Source: an uncultured Gammaproteobacteria bacterium (GTDB lineage: Bacteria > Patescibacteriota > Patescibacteriia > Magasanikbacterales > UBA922). From it: a DNA stretch of 64,000 nucleotides. Under the pieces are notes generated by a model, which searched no databases, was not told where the DNA came from, and worked only from the letters and a program-made list of their open reading frames with translations. Positions 42,278 through 50,354 of this stretch are shown here, one piece after another (position 1 is the stretch's first letter; every line of letters starts with the position of its first letter). A program made the position numbers and the translations under genes. Location: assembly GCA_964550845.1 (NCBI GenBank), contig CAZKAD010000001.1:21342-85341 (forward strand), given 5' to 3'.

Positions 42278-42904
42278 ATGTCTTTTTTCAAAGATATAGA
42301 TCCATCAGAGTTTACATCTCTTACAGCAGAGTTAAAGTTTAGTACATTTGAAAGATTAGTTCATTTCATTCAACAAAGTAAAACTGAAAACTCTTATATC
42401 ACCTTAACTTTTAACCGGAGTATCACTGATACATTTGAGGCTAATGCTGAAGTTTGTAGATATTCAGATTCATCTTTCGTCATTCATATACATGTCGAAT
42501 TGAAAGAAGGTCAATCCTTAACTATTCCAAATATAGACGAAGTAAACATCGATCTTAAATATTTATCCACTAAACCCGACATTGATTTTCCGCAAGCAAT
42601 AGTAAAATTACTTTGTGATAGTTCAAGTAGAAATCAACTTGAACCAAAAGCTTTATCCATTTTACTTAATTCAACTTCAAAGCTAAGAAATCTTCCTTTC
42701 TTCTATACTTCATTACATGATAATAATGATGAAGAGCTCAAACTCAACTTTTTGATTCGATTGATGAGACTGGTTTGTTGTGGAATGAGCGAAGAGAATT
42801 CAAACATTTGGTCTACCTTTCTCACAAAAGAATTGTATGATCCTCGATTAATGATTCTGATTGCGCGATTCATCGATCAATGTTCAGATGTCTTACAAAA
42901 CTGA
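42278..42904 (+). CDS. LYDPR-box family protein, type II
   Basis: TSKLRNL...LMRLVCCGM...WSTFLTKELYDPRLMILIARF. Confidence 0.8.
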   Translation: MSFFKDIDPSEFTSLTAELKFSTFERLVHFIQQSKTENSYITLTFNRSITDTFEANAEVCRYSDSSFVIHIHVELKEGQSLTIPNIDEVNIDLKYLSTKPDIDFPQAIVKLLCDSSSRNQLEPKALSILLNSTSKLRNLPFFYTSLHDNNDEELKLNFLIRLMRLVCCGMSEENSNIWSTFLTKELYDPRLMILIARFIDQCSDVLQN

Positions 42905-42936
42905 TTTCCTCTCTTTTCGAAGAGAGGAAAGTAATA

Positions 42937-43571
42937 ATGTCACTCATTAAAGATGTCGATCTTTCAGAGATTATATCTTTGAAAATGGAACTTAAATTTG
43001 GTACCCCTGAAAAATTAATCCGTTTCATTCAACAAAATAAAGGCCAAAATTTTCAATGCAAATTGACCTTTAGCCGTAGTAAAACTGACACATTTGAGGC
43101 TGCTGTCGAAGTTCGCAAACTTTCGAAAATTTTCGTTGTTGATATGCATGTCGAGATGAAAGAAGATCAATCTATAACCATTCCGGATATAGATGAAATC
43201 AACATTAATTTTTCATATTTATCCGAAAAACCAGATATCGATTGCCCGGGAGCAAAAGTATATTTATACTGCGGTGGTTCAATTACTGATCAAATCGAGA
43301 TAGAAACTTTAACTATTTTACTTAATTCAACTTCAAAGCTGAGAAATCTTCCTTTCTTTTGCGTTCCATGGAACAGTATTGACAGAGAAATCTTCCTTTC
43401 TTTTGCGTTCCATGGAACAGTATTGACAGAGAGCTCAAACTCAACTTTCTGATTCGATTGATGAGACTTGTTTGTTGTGGTGTTTGTGAAGAGGATAATG
43501 TATGGCAATTCTTTTTGACTCAAGAATTGTATGATCCGAGATTACTTAGTGGCATTGCAGCGTTTAATTAA
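42937..43571 (+). pseudogene. LYDPR-box family member, type II, frameshifted by a 44-bp tandem duplication
   Basis: Reads ...TSKLRNLPFFCVPWNSIDRE, then duplicated unit 43341..43384 / 43385..43428. Removing one copy restores ...LKLNFLIRLMRLVCCGVCEEDNVWQFFLTQELYDPRLLSGIAAFN, with stop at 43569..43571. Confidence 0.75.
43341..43428 (+). repeat. 44-bp exact tandem duplication
   Basis: gagaaatcttcctttcttttgcgttccatggaacagtattgaca x2. Confidence 0.95.
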
Positions 43572-43620
43572 TTTAGAGAGTCTCGAAGAGACGTTTAACT
43601 AATTCAGAGAGTCAAGAGAA
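43562..43620 (-). repeat. TTAAAC-hairpin repeat, reverse orientation (about 31-bp unit, 2 copies)
   Basis: gtttaaYtaattYagagagtc twice, with gtctc-gaa-gagac stem. Confidence 0.7.
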
Positions 43621-43719
43621 AGTAGCTAATTCAAAATATTCATCTCCTTTCGAAGAGATAAAAAGTGATTAATTCTTTTGCGTATAAAAGAATTAAAATA
43701 AAAGAATTAAAATTAAAAG

Positions 43720-44403
43720 ATGGACAAACCTTTTAACCAGTCTCAAGAGACGTTTAATCCAATTGAGATTTTTCGTATTGAATCTGACACTTTGATTAAG
43801 AAGCTGGGAAAAGGTCCACGTGGAAATATATTGAATGAATATTTTGAAGTGCCTAAAAAATTTACTCAAGGAATGTTGTACTTCTATTTTTCGCATCATG
43901 TATTTGACCACTTTGAAGAAAAGCTCGACACAAAAATTATCTTCCCTCGAAATCAGATAAAAAATTTTCAACTCTTTCTTAAGCAAAATTACCCGGATAC
44001 TTCATCATTTCGATTTCTCTATTATTTACATCAAATACATCCAGAACATTGTATTATTGGTATCGAAAATGGACAAGGTGTCCATCATTTTTTCAAACAT
44101 GACTATGGATTGTACGGAGATATGTATGAAAACTACTATCATTTTCTCGAAATCATTGTTCGATTGATTGGTGAAAAAGTTGATCATGGTTATGATCCAC
44201 TTGGAGAATTGGTTGCCAATGGATTGATCGACAATGGACAATTTTATGCCTTTCTCACAAAAGAATTGTATGATCCTCGTGTTTTAATTATGATTCATCA
44301 ATTTGCCTTCGATCCAAATAAAACTCGATATTTGTCTGCTTCCGGAGAAGTTATGGAAGAAGAAATTAAACAGCTTCAACAAGATGAAAATAATGAAGAT
44401 TAA
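43720..44403 (+). CDS. LYDPR-box family protein, type III
   Basis: FNPIEIFRI...YFYFS...NYPDT...GEKVDHGYDPLGELVANGL...FLTKELYDPRVLIMIHQFAFDP. Confidence 0.8.
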   Translation: MDKPFNQSQETFNPIEIFRIESDTLIKKLGKGPRGNILNEYFEVPKKFTQGMLYFYFSHHVFDHFEEKLDTKIIFPRNQIKNFQLFLKQNYPDTSSFRFLYYLHQIHPEHCIIGIENGQGVHHFFKHDYGLYGDMYENYYHFLEIIVRLIGEKVDHGYDPLGELVANGLIDNGQFYAFLTKELYDPRVLIMIHQFAFDPNKTRYLSASGEVMEEEIKQLQQDENNED

Positions 44404-44487
44404 ATTCTTTTATCTCCTCTCGGGGAGATATAAAAAATGAATTTCCGACGAAACTCAAAGGTATAAAAGAAAGATAGAATAAAAGAA

Positions 44488-45189
44488 ATGACTCAATTTA
44501 CACCAATTGATATCTTTCGAATTGATGCCCAGATTCTAAGTGAGAAAATTGATAATATTAAAAAATATGTCCAGCTCGATGAAAAATTTTCTCGAGGTAT
44601 ATTATACTTTTATTTTTCATGGGAAATAGAAATGGTAAAAGTTTCTCAAAAAGACTGCTTTCACAAGTTCAAGGAATTTCTTCGGCAAAATTATCCAGAT
44701 ACTTTTCCTTTCCATTTTCTCTATCATCTTCATCGGAAAGCAAACAGATCTTACACTTTAGCCGAAAATAACCGAGGAGTTATATATACATATATACATG
44801 ATTATGGTTTGTATGGGAATGAAGTTAGTAATCGTGATAGCTTTTTTGAAACTACTATTCGAACATTTGGTGAAAAAGTTGATCATGGTTATGATCCCCT
44901 TGGCGAATTAGTTGCTTCAGGATTAAACAGTGAAGGCATTTTTCATGCCTTTCTCACAAAAGAATTGTATGATCCTCGTGTTTTGATTTTGATTCATCGA
45001 TTCGCCTTTGATCCAGATAAAGAAAAATTCTACAATGTATATGGAAAGATTGTCGAAGAAGACCTCGACGAGAACGATTCGATGTCATTTGACATAGCAT
45101 CAGACGAAGAGATATTCGATGAAAGTGATGAGGAGATATTCGATGAAAGTGACGATGAAAGTGACGATGAAAGTGATGAAGAGAATTAA
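44488..45189 (+). CDS. LYDPR-box family protein, type III, acidic repeat tail
   Basis: Same architecture, FLTKELYDPRVLILIHRFAFDP, with tail SDEEIFDESDEEIFDESDDESDDE. Confidence 0.8.
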   Translation: MTQFTPIDIFRIDAQILSEKIDNIKKYVQLDEKFSRGILYFYFSWEIEMVKVSQKDCFHKFKEFLRQNYPDTFPFHFLYHLHRKANRSYTLAENNRGVIYTYIHDYGLYGNEVSNRDSFFETTIRTFGEKVDHGYDPLGELVASGLNSEGIFHAFLTKELYDPRVLILIHRFAFDPDKEKFYNVYGKIVEEDLDENDSMSFDIASDEEIFDESDEEIFDESDDESDDESDEEN

Positions 45190-45248
45190 TTATGTTTGTT
45201 TCCTCAAGAGGAAGCAAAAAATTTTAGTTTGTAATCAACACCCGTTGT

Positions 45249-45992
45249 TTAGTCTTCATTATCACTATTATCACTATTCGCCATGGCCAAAATAGCCGCG
45301 TACTCTGGACCAGGGGCGAGATGCTCATCACGATAATTATTAAAATCTTCTTCAAATTCCTCACCAAAGGCATCAAAATCTTTGATTTTGTTCGGATCGA
45401 AGGCAAATTGATGAATCAAAATCAGAATTCTCGGGTCATACAATTCTCGAGTCAAAAATGTATGAAAACAACTATTTCCTTCCGAATCATTCAGTCCTGA
45501 AGCAACCAATTCTCCAAGTGGATCGTAGCCGTGATCAACTTTTTCACCGAGCAAGCGAACAAAAATTTCAAGAAGATGATGATGACAGTCTACTGTATCT
45601 CCATACATTCCATAGTCATGAGTGTAATATCTCGTAATTCCTTGATTATTTTCAAGTAAAATAAGACAATATTTTGGATTATCACCATGAAGACGTATCA
45701 AATAACGAAATGCTGAAGTATCAGGGTAATTCTGTTGAAGAAAAAGTTTAAAATTTTCATACTGGCTTTGAGTGAAGACTATTTCACTATTTTCGGATTT
45801 GTGTTTGCTACGCTTAAATATATGATGAGAAAAATAAAAGTACAATGTCCCTTGAGAAATCTTTTTTGATAATTCGAAATGTTCATTTAGCGCATTACCA
45901 CGATGACATTTCCCCAGCTTTTCAATCAAGATTTGCGCGTCAATTCGAAAGATTTCAATTGGATTAAATGTCGCAAGGGACTGGTTAAACAT
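45249..45992 (-). CDS. LYDPR-box family protein, type III
   Basis: FNPIEIFRI...GEKVDHGYDPLGELVASGL...FLTRELYDPRILILIHQFAFDP. Start at ATG 45992, because the GTG at 46055 lies in hairpin 46051..46078. Confidence 0.8.
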   Translation of the reverse strand: MFNQSLATFNPIEIFRIDAQILIEKLGKCHRGNALNEHFELSKKISQGTLYFYFSHHIFKRSKHKSENSEIVFTQSQYENFKLFLQQNYPDTSAFRYLIRLHGDNPKYCLILLENNQGITRYYTHDYGMYGDTVDCHHHLLEIFVRLLGEKVDHGYDPLGELVASGLNDSEGNSCFHTFLTRELYDPRILILIHQFAFDPNKIKDFDAFGEEFEEDFNNYRDEHLAPGPEYAAILAMANSDNSDNED

Positions 45993-46050
45993 CTCTTTAG
46001 TTTGACTATCTAATGATATCTTTACAATTTGATCAATGGACAAAGGTAAA

Positions 46051-46078
46051 ATCACTTTTCCTCTTGAGGAAAAGTGAT
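46051..46078 (-). terminator. gene-end hairpin
   Basis: atcacttttcctc-tt-gaggaaaagtgat. Confidence 0.55.
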
Positions 46079-46082
46079 AGAT

Positions 46083-46448
46083 TTATTGCTTAGCTCCTTC
46101 TTCGAAACGCTTATTGAGTTCTTCGAAACGCTTATTGAGTTCTTCGAAACGCTCATTGAGTTCTTCGAAACGCTTATTGAGTTCTTCGAAACGTGTGTCC
46201 TTTGAATTTATTTGCAAACTTCCTTTGAATTTTGTTAAAGCATTTCGAAATGAGTCTGGATCATCTATATTGAACATATACGAAGTCTCCGAACAATTTG
46301 ACGAAATGGTACCTCGAAATAAATTCAAATGTACAATCACATTTCTGCTATGAATTGAAACAGTTTCACGATTTGGAGATATCCGGATAATTGGACTTTC
46401 CAATTTAAGTTCGTTGGCAACTATTTCTGCCATCTCTAAAGCAGACAT
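46083..46448 (-). CDS. hypothetical protein with C-terminal RFEELNK heptad repeats
   Basis: Paralogue of 46547..46891 (MAEIVANELKLESPII / MAEMIAKELKLANPII). About 4.6 x 21-bp repeat. Confidence 0.6.
   Translation of the reverse strand: MSALEMAEIVANELKLESPIIRISPNRETVSIHSRNVIVHLNLFRGTISSNCSETSYMFNIDDPDSFRNALTKFKGSLQINSKDTRFEELNKRFEELNERFEELNKRFEELNKRFEEGAKQ
46100..46196 (-). repeat. 21-bp coding tandem repeat, about 4.6 copies (RFEELNK)
   Basis: cttcgaaacgcttattgagtt at 46100, 46121, 46142, 46163, 46184. Confidence 0.9.
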
Positions 46449-46546
46449 TTTAGATGTCTTTCGGGAGTTATTGAATGGTTTGATTTATTAACGATTAACT
46501 AATAACTTAAAAATCATTTTTCCTCGAGAGGAACAATGATACATTT

Positions 46547-46891
46547 TTATTGCTTGATTCCCTCAACTGGATTCTTATTGACTTCTTCGGGGCTTTTAAC
46601 TTCTGAATTCACTTTCAAACTCTCTTTAATCCCTAACAACGCGCCTTGCAACGAAGATGGACTATCGAACATGTACATGTTCGAAGTGTTCGATGAAATC
46701 GTGCCAAGAAATCGATCCAGTTCAATAATTACATTCCCACTTTGAATTGAGACACAATCCGAATTATTTGGATGTACCTGAATAATCGGGTTTGCCAATT
46801 TGAGTTCTTTGGCGATCATTTCTGCCATTTTCACGGTAGACATTTCGGATGTTTTTCGGGTGCTTTTTGAGTGCTTTTGAATATTTTCCAT
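46547..46891 (-). CDS. hypothetical protein, paralogue of 46083..46448
   Basis: Shared LGTISSNxS..YMF and LKL.xPII segments. Minus-strand AAAATTGA 17 nt upstream. Confidence 0.6.
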   Translation of the reverse strand: MENIQKHSKSTRKTSEMSTVKMAEMIAKELKLANPIIQVHPNNSDCVSIQSGNVIIELDRFLGTISSNTSNMYMFDSPSSLQGALLGIKESLKVNSEVKSPEEVNKNPVEGIKQ

Positions 46892-46907
46892 TCGCCGAAC
46901 AAGAAAA

Positions 46908-46915
46908 TCAATTTT
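46908..46915 (-). promoter_or_regulatory. AAAATTGA promoter-like octamer (minus strand)
   Basis: 17 nt upstream of minus-strand ATG 46891. Confidence 0.5.
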
Positions 46916-46916
46916 G

Positions 46917-46972
46917 GAATCGAATGAATTGAATGAATTAAATGAATTGAATGAATTGAATGAATTGAATTC
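46917..46972. repeat. 9-bp satellite (GAATGAATT-like), block 1
   Basis: gaatcgaatgaattgaatgaattaaatgaattgaatgaattgaatgaattgaattc. Confidence 0.9.
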
Positions 46973-47030
46973 AATAAAGTCGAATTCAAAAGTCTATAAA
47001 TTTCAAATCGAAAATGGAAAAGTTTTGAAA

Positions 47031-47077
47031 TCGAATGAATTGAATGAATCGAATGAATTGAATCGAATGAATTGAAT
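47031..47077. repeat. 9-bp satellite (GAATGAATT-like), block 2
   Basis: tcgaatgaattgaatgaatcgaatgaattgaatcgaatgaattgaat. Confidence 0.9.
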
Positions 47078-47100
47078 TTTATTCCCCAAAGGGAATAAAA
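47077..47100 (-). terminator. hairpin after the capping-enzyme gene
   Basis: ttttattccc-caaa-gggaataaaa. Confidence 0.6.
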
Positions 47101-47116
47101 TGCCTGTCAATAGACG

Positions 47117-50100
47117 TTAACAGATCTTGTTTCGAATTCCTTTAACCAAGGGATCATTTGGACCGAAAATTCGGTGAATCACGTTTCCTTGACCAACTCT
47201 TCCGACTGTTTCGTAGTGATTATTGTCTCGATAAGAAACTAACACAATGCTTGGTCTTCCTTCGGTATAACTACAATCAACTGGAATTGGTTTTCCATCT
47301 TCATCAAGCAAATAGATATCATGGCGAATAAATTCAGACAAAATTTCAAGTACTTCGAGACCAACTTCATTGCCACTCGTTCCAAGATTATCAATGAAAT
47401 TTGCATACGCTTCTTGTTCGGCGAGCTCAAAGATTTTCTTCAAATCAAGCAAACCTCCAGCAGACAAATCTTTTCGAAGAGCTTGTAGTTGAAATGTATT
47501 TTCGAGTTCTTTTTTGTAAACTTCGATCATCTTTGATTGAAGAACTTTATCTTGTTCAAGACGAAGTAAATATTTTTCAAGCTGATATTGATTTCCCATC
47601 ATTGCAACCAAATTGGCTCGACGGCCAAGAAAACCTTCGTTTTTATTGGTCAAATAATAGTGAACAATTGAGTCAAAGCCTGGAACTTTTCTTCCAAATC
47701 CCATTCGTGCAATTCTTCCTTCTCCAACTTTCTTCCATTGGGCAATTGGAATGTTGACTGTTTTTCTCCAATTTTTGACGAACTCTTTCTTCTCATCGTC
47801 TTTCATTTTACGATAATCGATACTTAATGCTGTCTGTAAGGCATGGAAGAAATCATTTCCATCTACAAGAGTACCTGTACGAACCAATCCTTTCTCTTCA
47901 AGAACGATACTGTATACTTTATTCTTTCCAGGGTCAATTGGTTGAAGCGCAAGATCTTCTTGGATATTTACTCCACGAGCAAATCCGGTCAACGGATAGT
48001 AACTTTCTCGAACAAAGAGGAAAGATCGATACAGTCGAGCAAGTTGTTGTTCTTCAGGATCGAGCCATATCGGAGGTGAAAAGATCTCACTCTTTTCAAG
48101 TTTGAATCCGATTGTTTTCATTTTGTCGACGAAGTAATCCCAGTCAACAAGATATTCAATTTGCGTCTCAGCGACTGTCTGACTTCCTTTGTATTGATAT
48201 TCAAGTCCCTTGTTAAATAGAATATTTCCGGAAAATGGTTGATACAATCTCTTCAAAGTCACATTTCCAAGCTGGACAATCCCCTTTTCAAGTATTCGCC
48301 GAGTCGCTTGTCCATCAATGGTGGTTCCAAGGAAATATCCATTTTTCTCAACACTTTCATCAAGTGTTTGAAGAAGACCGTTGAGTGGATCTTCGTTTTC
48401 AAAGAAGAATGACAGCACAAAGAATGAAGTGGCAACTTGGACACGAGATCCGCGCAAAGCTTTCACAATTGTTTCAGTATCTTGCGCTCGAGCTTGAATA
48501 TCAATCAAATTTAGTCGTTGATTGCGAAATTCCATTTCGCTTGCTCTTTGTTTCAATTCGAGGAGAAACTCCGGATTTGGTTCAATTGCAATCAGTCTCG
48601 CTACATGAGCAGTGTAATATTTCATCAAATCTCCTCCTTTTCCAGAACCCAGATCAAGGATAGTTCTTTCGGGGCAGTACAGATTAATCAATTCTCGTTT
48701 AATCGTATTGCTAAACTTACGGAAAGCATCTCGATCTGAACTTTGTTTCAAGGCATTAATTAGTTCTTGTTCGGTGAGAGGATTTTGAATATCAATCCAA
48801 ACGTCTTTTGCAATGTCAACGTAATTTGGTTCAGTTTTATCTGGACGTGCCTTCACCAGTTCAAAAGTTCCGTTGTGCCAACGATATTCTCCAATCTTTG
48901 GAGGATAAAATTTGCTGCGAATGGTACCACGAAAGCCAGGAGGTGTAAAATGAATCAAACCATTTTTACCACCAACCATCAAATTGTACATTTCACCATA
49001 GACTTTCACTGCTGCAAAATCAATGGTCAATTCGTGGACTGGTTTCCACTTATAAGTATGGAAATTTAAATAAGGTTCTGCAATTGGAGTGAGAATTAAA
49101 CCATCATAATTAGGATTATTTCGAATCTCGTTCAACAATTGTTCAGTGTCTTCGGCAATTTGATAAGTCATGAAAAATTGTTTCTTAATGATATCAACAT
49201 CACGCAGACTATTGACCAATTGCTCAATGTATTCAAATCTCTTATCAAGAGTCAATTGACGGACATCTCGATCATGAAGGCAAATCATATCAAAGATATG
49301 AACTTGATTCTTAAAGAATTCACAATCAAAGATTGTTCCATCAAGATCTTCACGAATCTTACTTCGAAAGAGTTCGATGTTACCTTTCATTCCAGCCAGA
49401 AAAAGTTTTTGATCTGTAATAATCCCAATCATCCGCACTCCATTTAATTTTTTAGTCACTGCGTAGGCAGAGAGGTTTAAATTCCATCGTTTCAAATTGA
49501 TCGGTTGAGGAAGACCACGTTTGAACAAAACTGATTCGTCGAACTTTGCGCCATCTTGTTGTTTGAAAAAATTATTAAAGAAGCGAAGTGCGACTTTTGT
49601 ATCAACATTAATCTTCTCTTTGAGAGCATCAAAAGAAGCCCAGATCAACTTAAGTGGCATAAAGAAGGTTTTCAAATCAATATTCTTTGAAAAATATTCA
49701 ACTTCAACTTCATAACTCTCTTGAGTTGAAGTCATCTCAATTGAATGTGAAGCATCCTTAGCAAAGAAAGTAACTCGAGATTTTTCACGAGTCATTTGAA
49801 TTGATCCTGGTTCATCTTGAGTAGGTATTTCCTCTGAAGTGACTAAGTCGATCTTAATAGTATATTCTCCTTGAACTCGATCAAACAAAGTGAATCTCGA
49901 CTTCATCATTTTCCTCACTTTGGTTATTGGTACGTTATCAGTTAAAACTTCTTCAATTCGGATATTATTATCTGACAATTGTGCAAATGTCTTGGAAAAT
50001 TTCCCCTGTTGATAGAGATCAGAATCAGTAATAATTTTGAGTAGCCACATCCATCTCTTTTGATCAGCATTCGGAAATCCAGCCTGAGCTTTACCTTGAT

Positions 50101-50239
50101 AAATAAACCCAAGTCGAGCTTCAATCTCGGTATTTGGTTTACCGAGACTTTCTTTCAACACCGATTGAATTCGATTACAAACATCCGGTTGGATGCCAAT
50201 CTTCGAATTCCCGAGGATCTCTGCAGCACATTGATCCAT
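47117..50239 (-). CDS. mRNA capping enzyme (TTM triphosphatase, guanylyltransferase, cap N7-methyltransferase) with C-terminal OTU-like domain
   Basis: EIEARLG and EVEVEY (TTM), KKLNGVR (KxDG-like), ILDLGSGKGGDL (SAM site). C-terminus LVDGNDFFHAL ... GLEVLEILSEFIRHDIYLL ... NNHYETV. Confidence 0.92.
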   Translation of the reverse strand: MDQCAAEILGNSKIGIQPDVCNRIQSVLKESLGKPNTEIEARLGFIYQGKAQAGFPNADQKRWMWLLKIITDSDLYQQGKFSKTFAQLSDNNIRIEEVLTDNVPITKVRKMMKSRFTLFDRVQGEYTIKIDLVTSEEIPTQDEPGSIQMTREKSRVTFFAKDASHSIEMTSTQESYEVEVEYFSKNIDLKTFFMPLKLIWASFDALKEKINVDTKVALRFFNNFFKQQDGAKFDESVLFKRGLPQPINLKRWNLNLSAYAVTKKLNGVRMIGIITDQKLFLAGMKGNIELFRSKIREDLDGTIFDCEFFKNQVHIFDMICLHDRDVRQLTLDKRFEYIEQLVNSLRDVDIIKKQFFMTYQIAEDTEQLLNEIRNNPNYDGLILTPIAEPYLNFHTYKWKPVHELTIDFAAVKVYGEMYNLMVGGKNGLIHFTPPGFRGTIRSKFYPPKIGEYRWHNGTFELVKARPDKTEPNYVDIAKDVWIDIQNPLTEQELINALKQSSDRDAFRKFSNTIKRELINLYCPERTILDLGSGKGGDLMKYYTAHVARLIAIEPNPEFLLELKQRASEMEFRNQRLNLIDIQARAQDTETIVKALRGSRVQVATSFFVLSFFFENEDPLNGLLQTLDESVEKNGYFLGTTIDGQATRRILEKGIVQLGNVTLKRLYQPFSGNILFNKGLEYQYKGSQTVAETQIEYLVDWDYFVDKMKTIGFKLEKSEIFSPPIWLDPEEQQLARLYRSFLFVRESYYPLTGFARGVNIQEDLALQPIDPGKNKVYSIVLEEKGLVRTGTLVDGNDFFHALQTALSIDYRKMKDDEKKEFVKNWRKTVNIPIAQWKKVGEGRIARMGFGRKVPGFDSIVHYYLTNKNEGFLGRRANLVAMMGNQYQLEKYLLRLEQDKVLQSKMIEVYKKELENTFQLQALRKDLSAGGLLDLKKIFELAEQEAYANFIDNLGTSGNEVGLEVLEILSEFIRHDIYLLDEDGKPIPVDCSYTEGRPSIVLVSYRDNNHYETVGRVGQGNVIHRIFGPNDPLVKGIRNKIC

Positions 50240-50271
50240 TGCTTTTATTTCGAGAAAGAAAAAGGAAGATT

Positions 50272-50279
50272 TCAATTTT
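50272..50279 (-). promoter_or_regulatory. AAAATTGA promoter-like octamer (minus strand)
   Basis: 33 nt upstream of the capping-enzyme ATG 50239. Confidence 0.65.
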
Positions 50280-50354
50280 CTTTGGAAAAGTGAAAATGGA
50301 TCTTATTTTAGTCTTAATCCTTGAACAGACTTTATATCGAGATTAAGACTAAGA

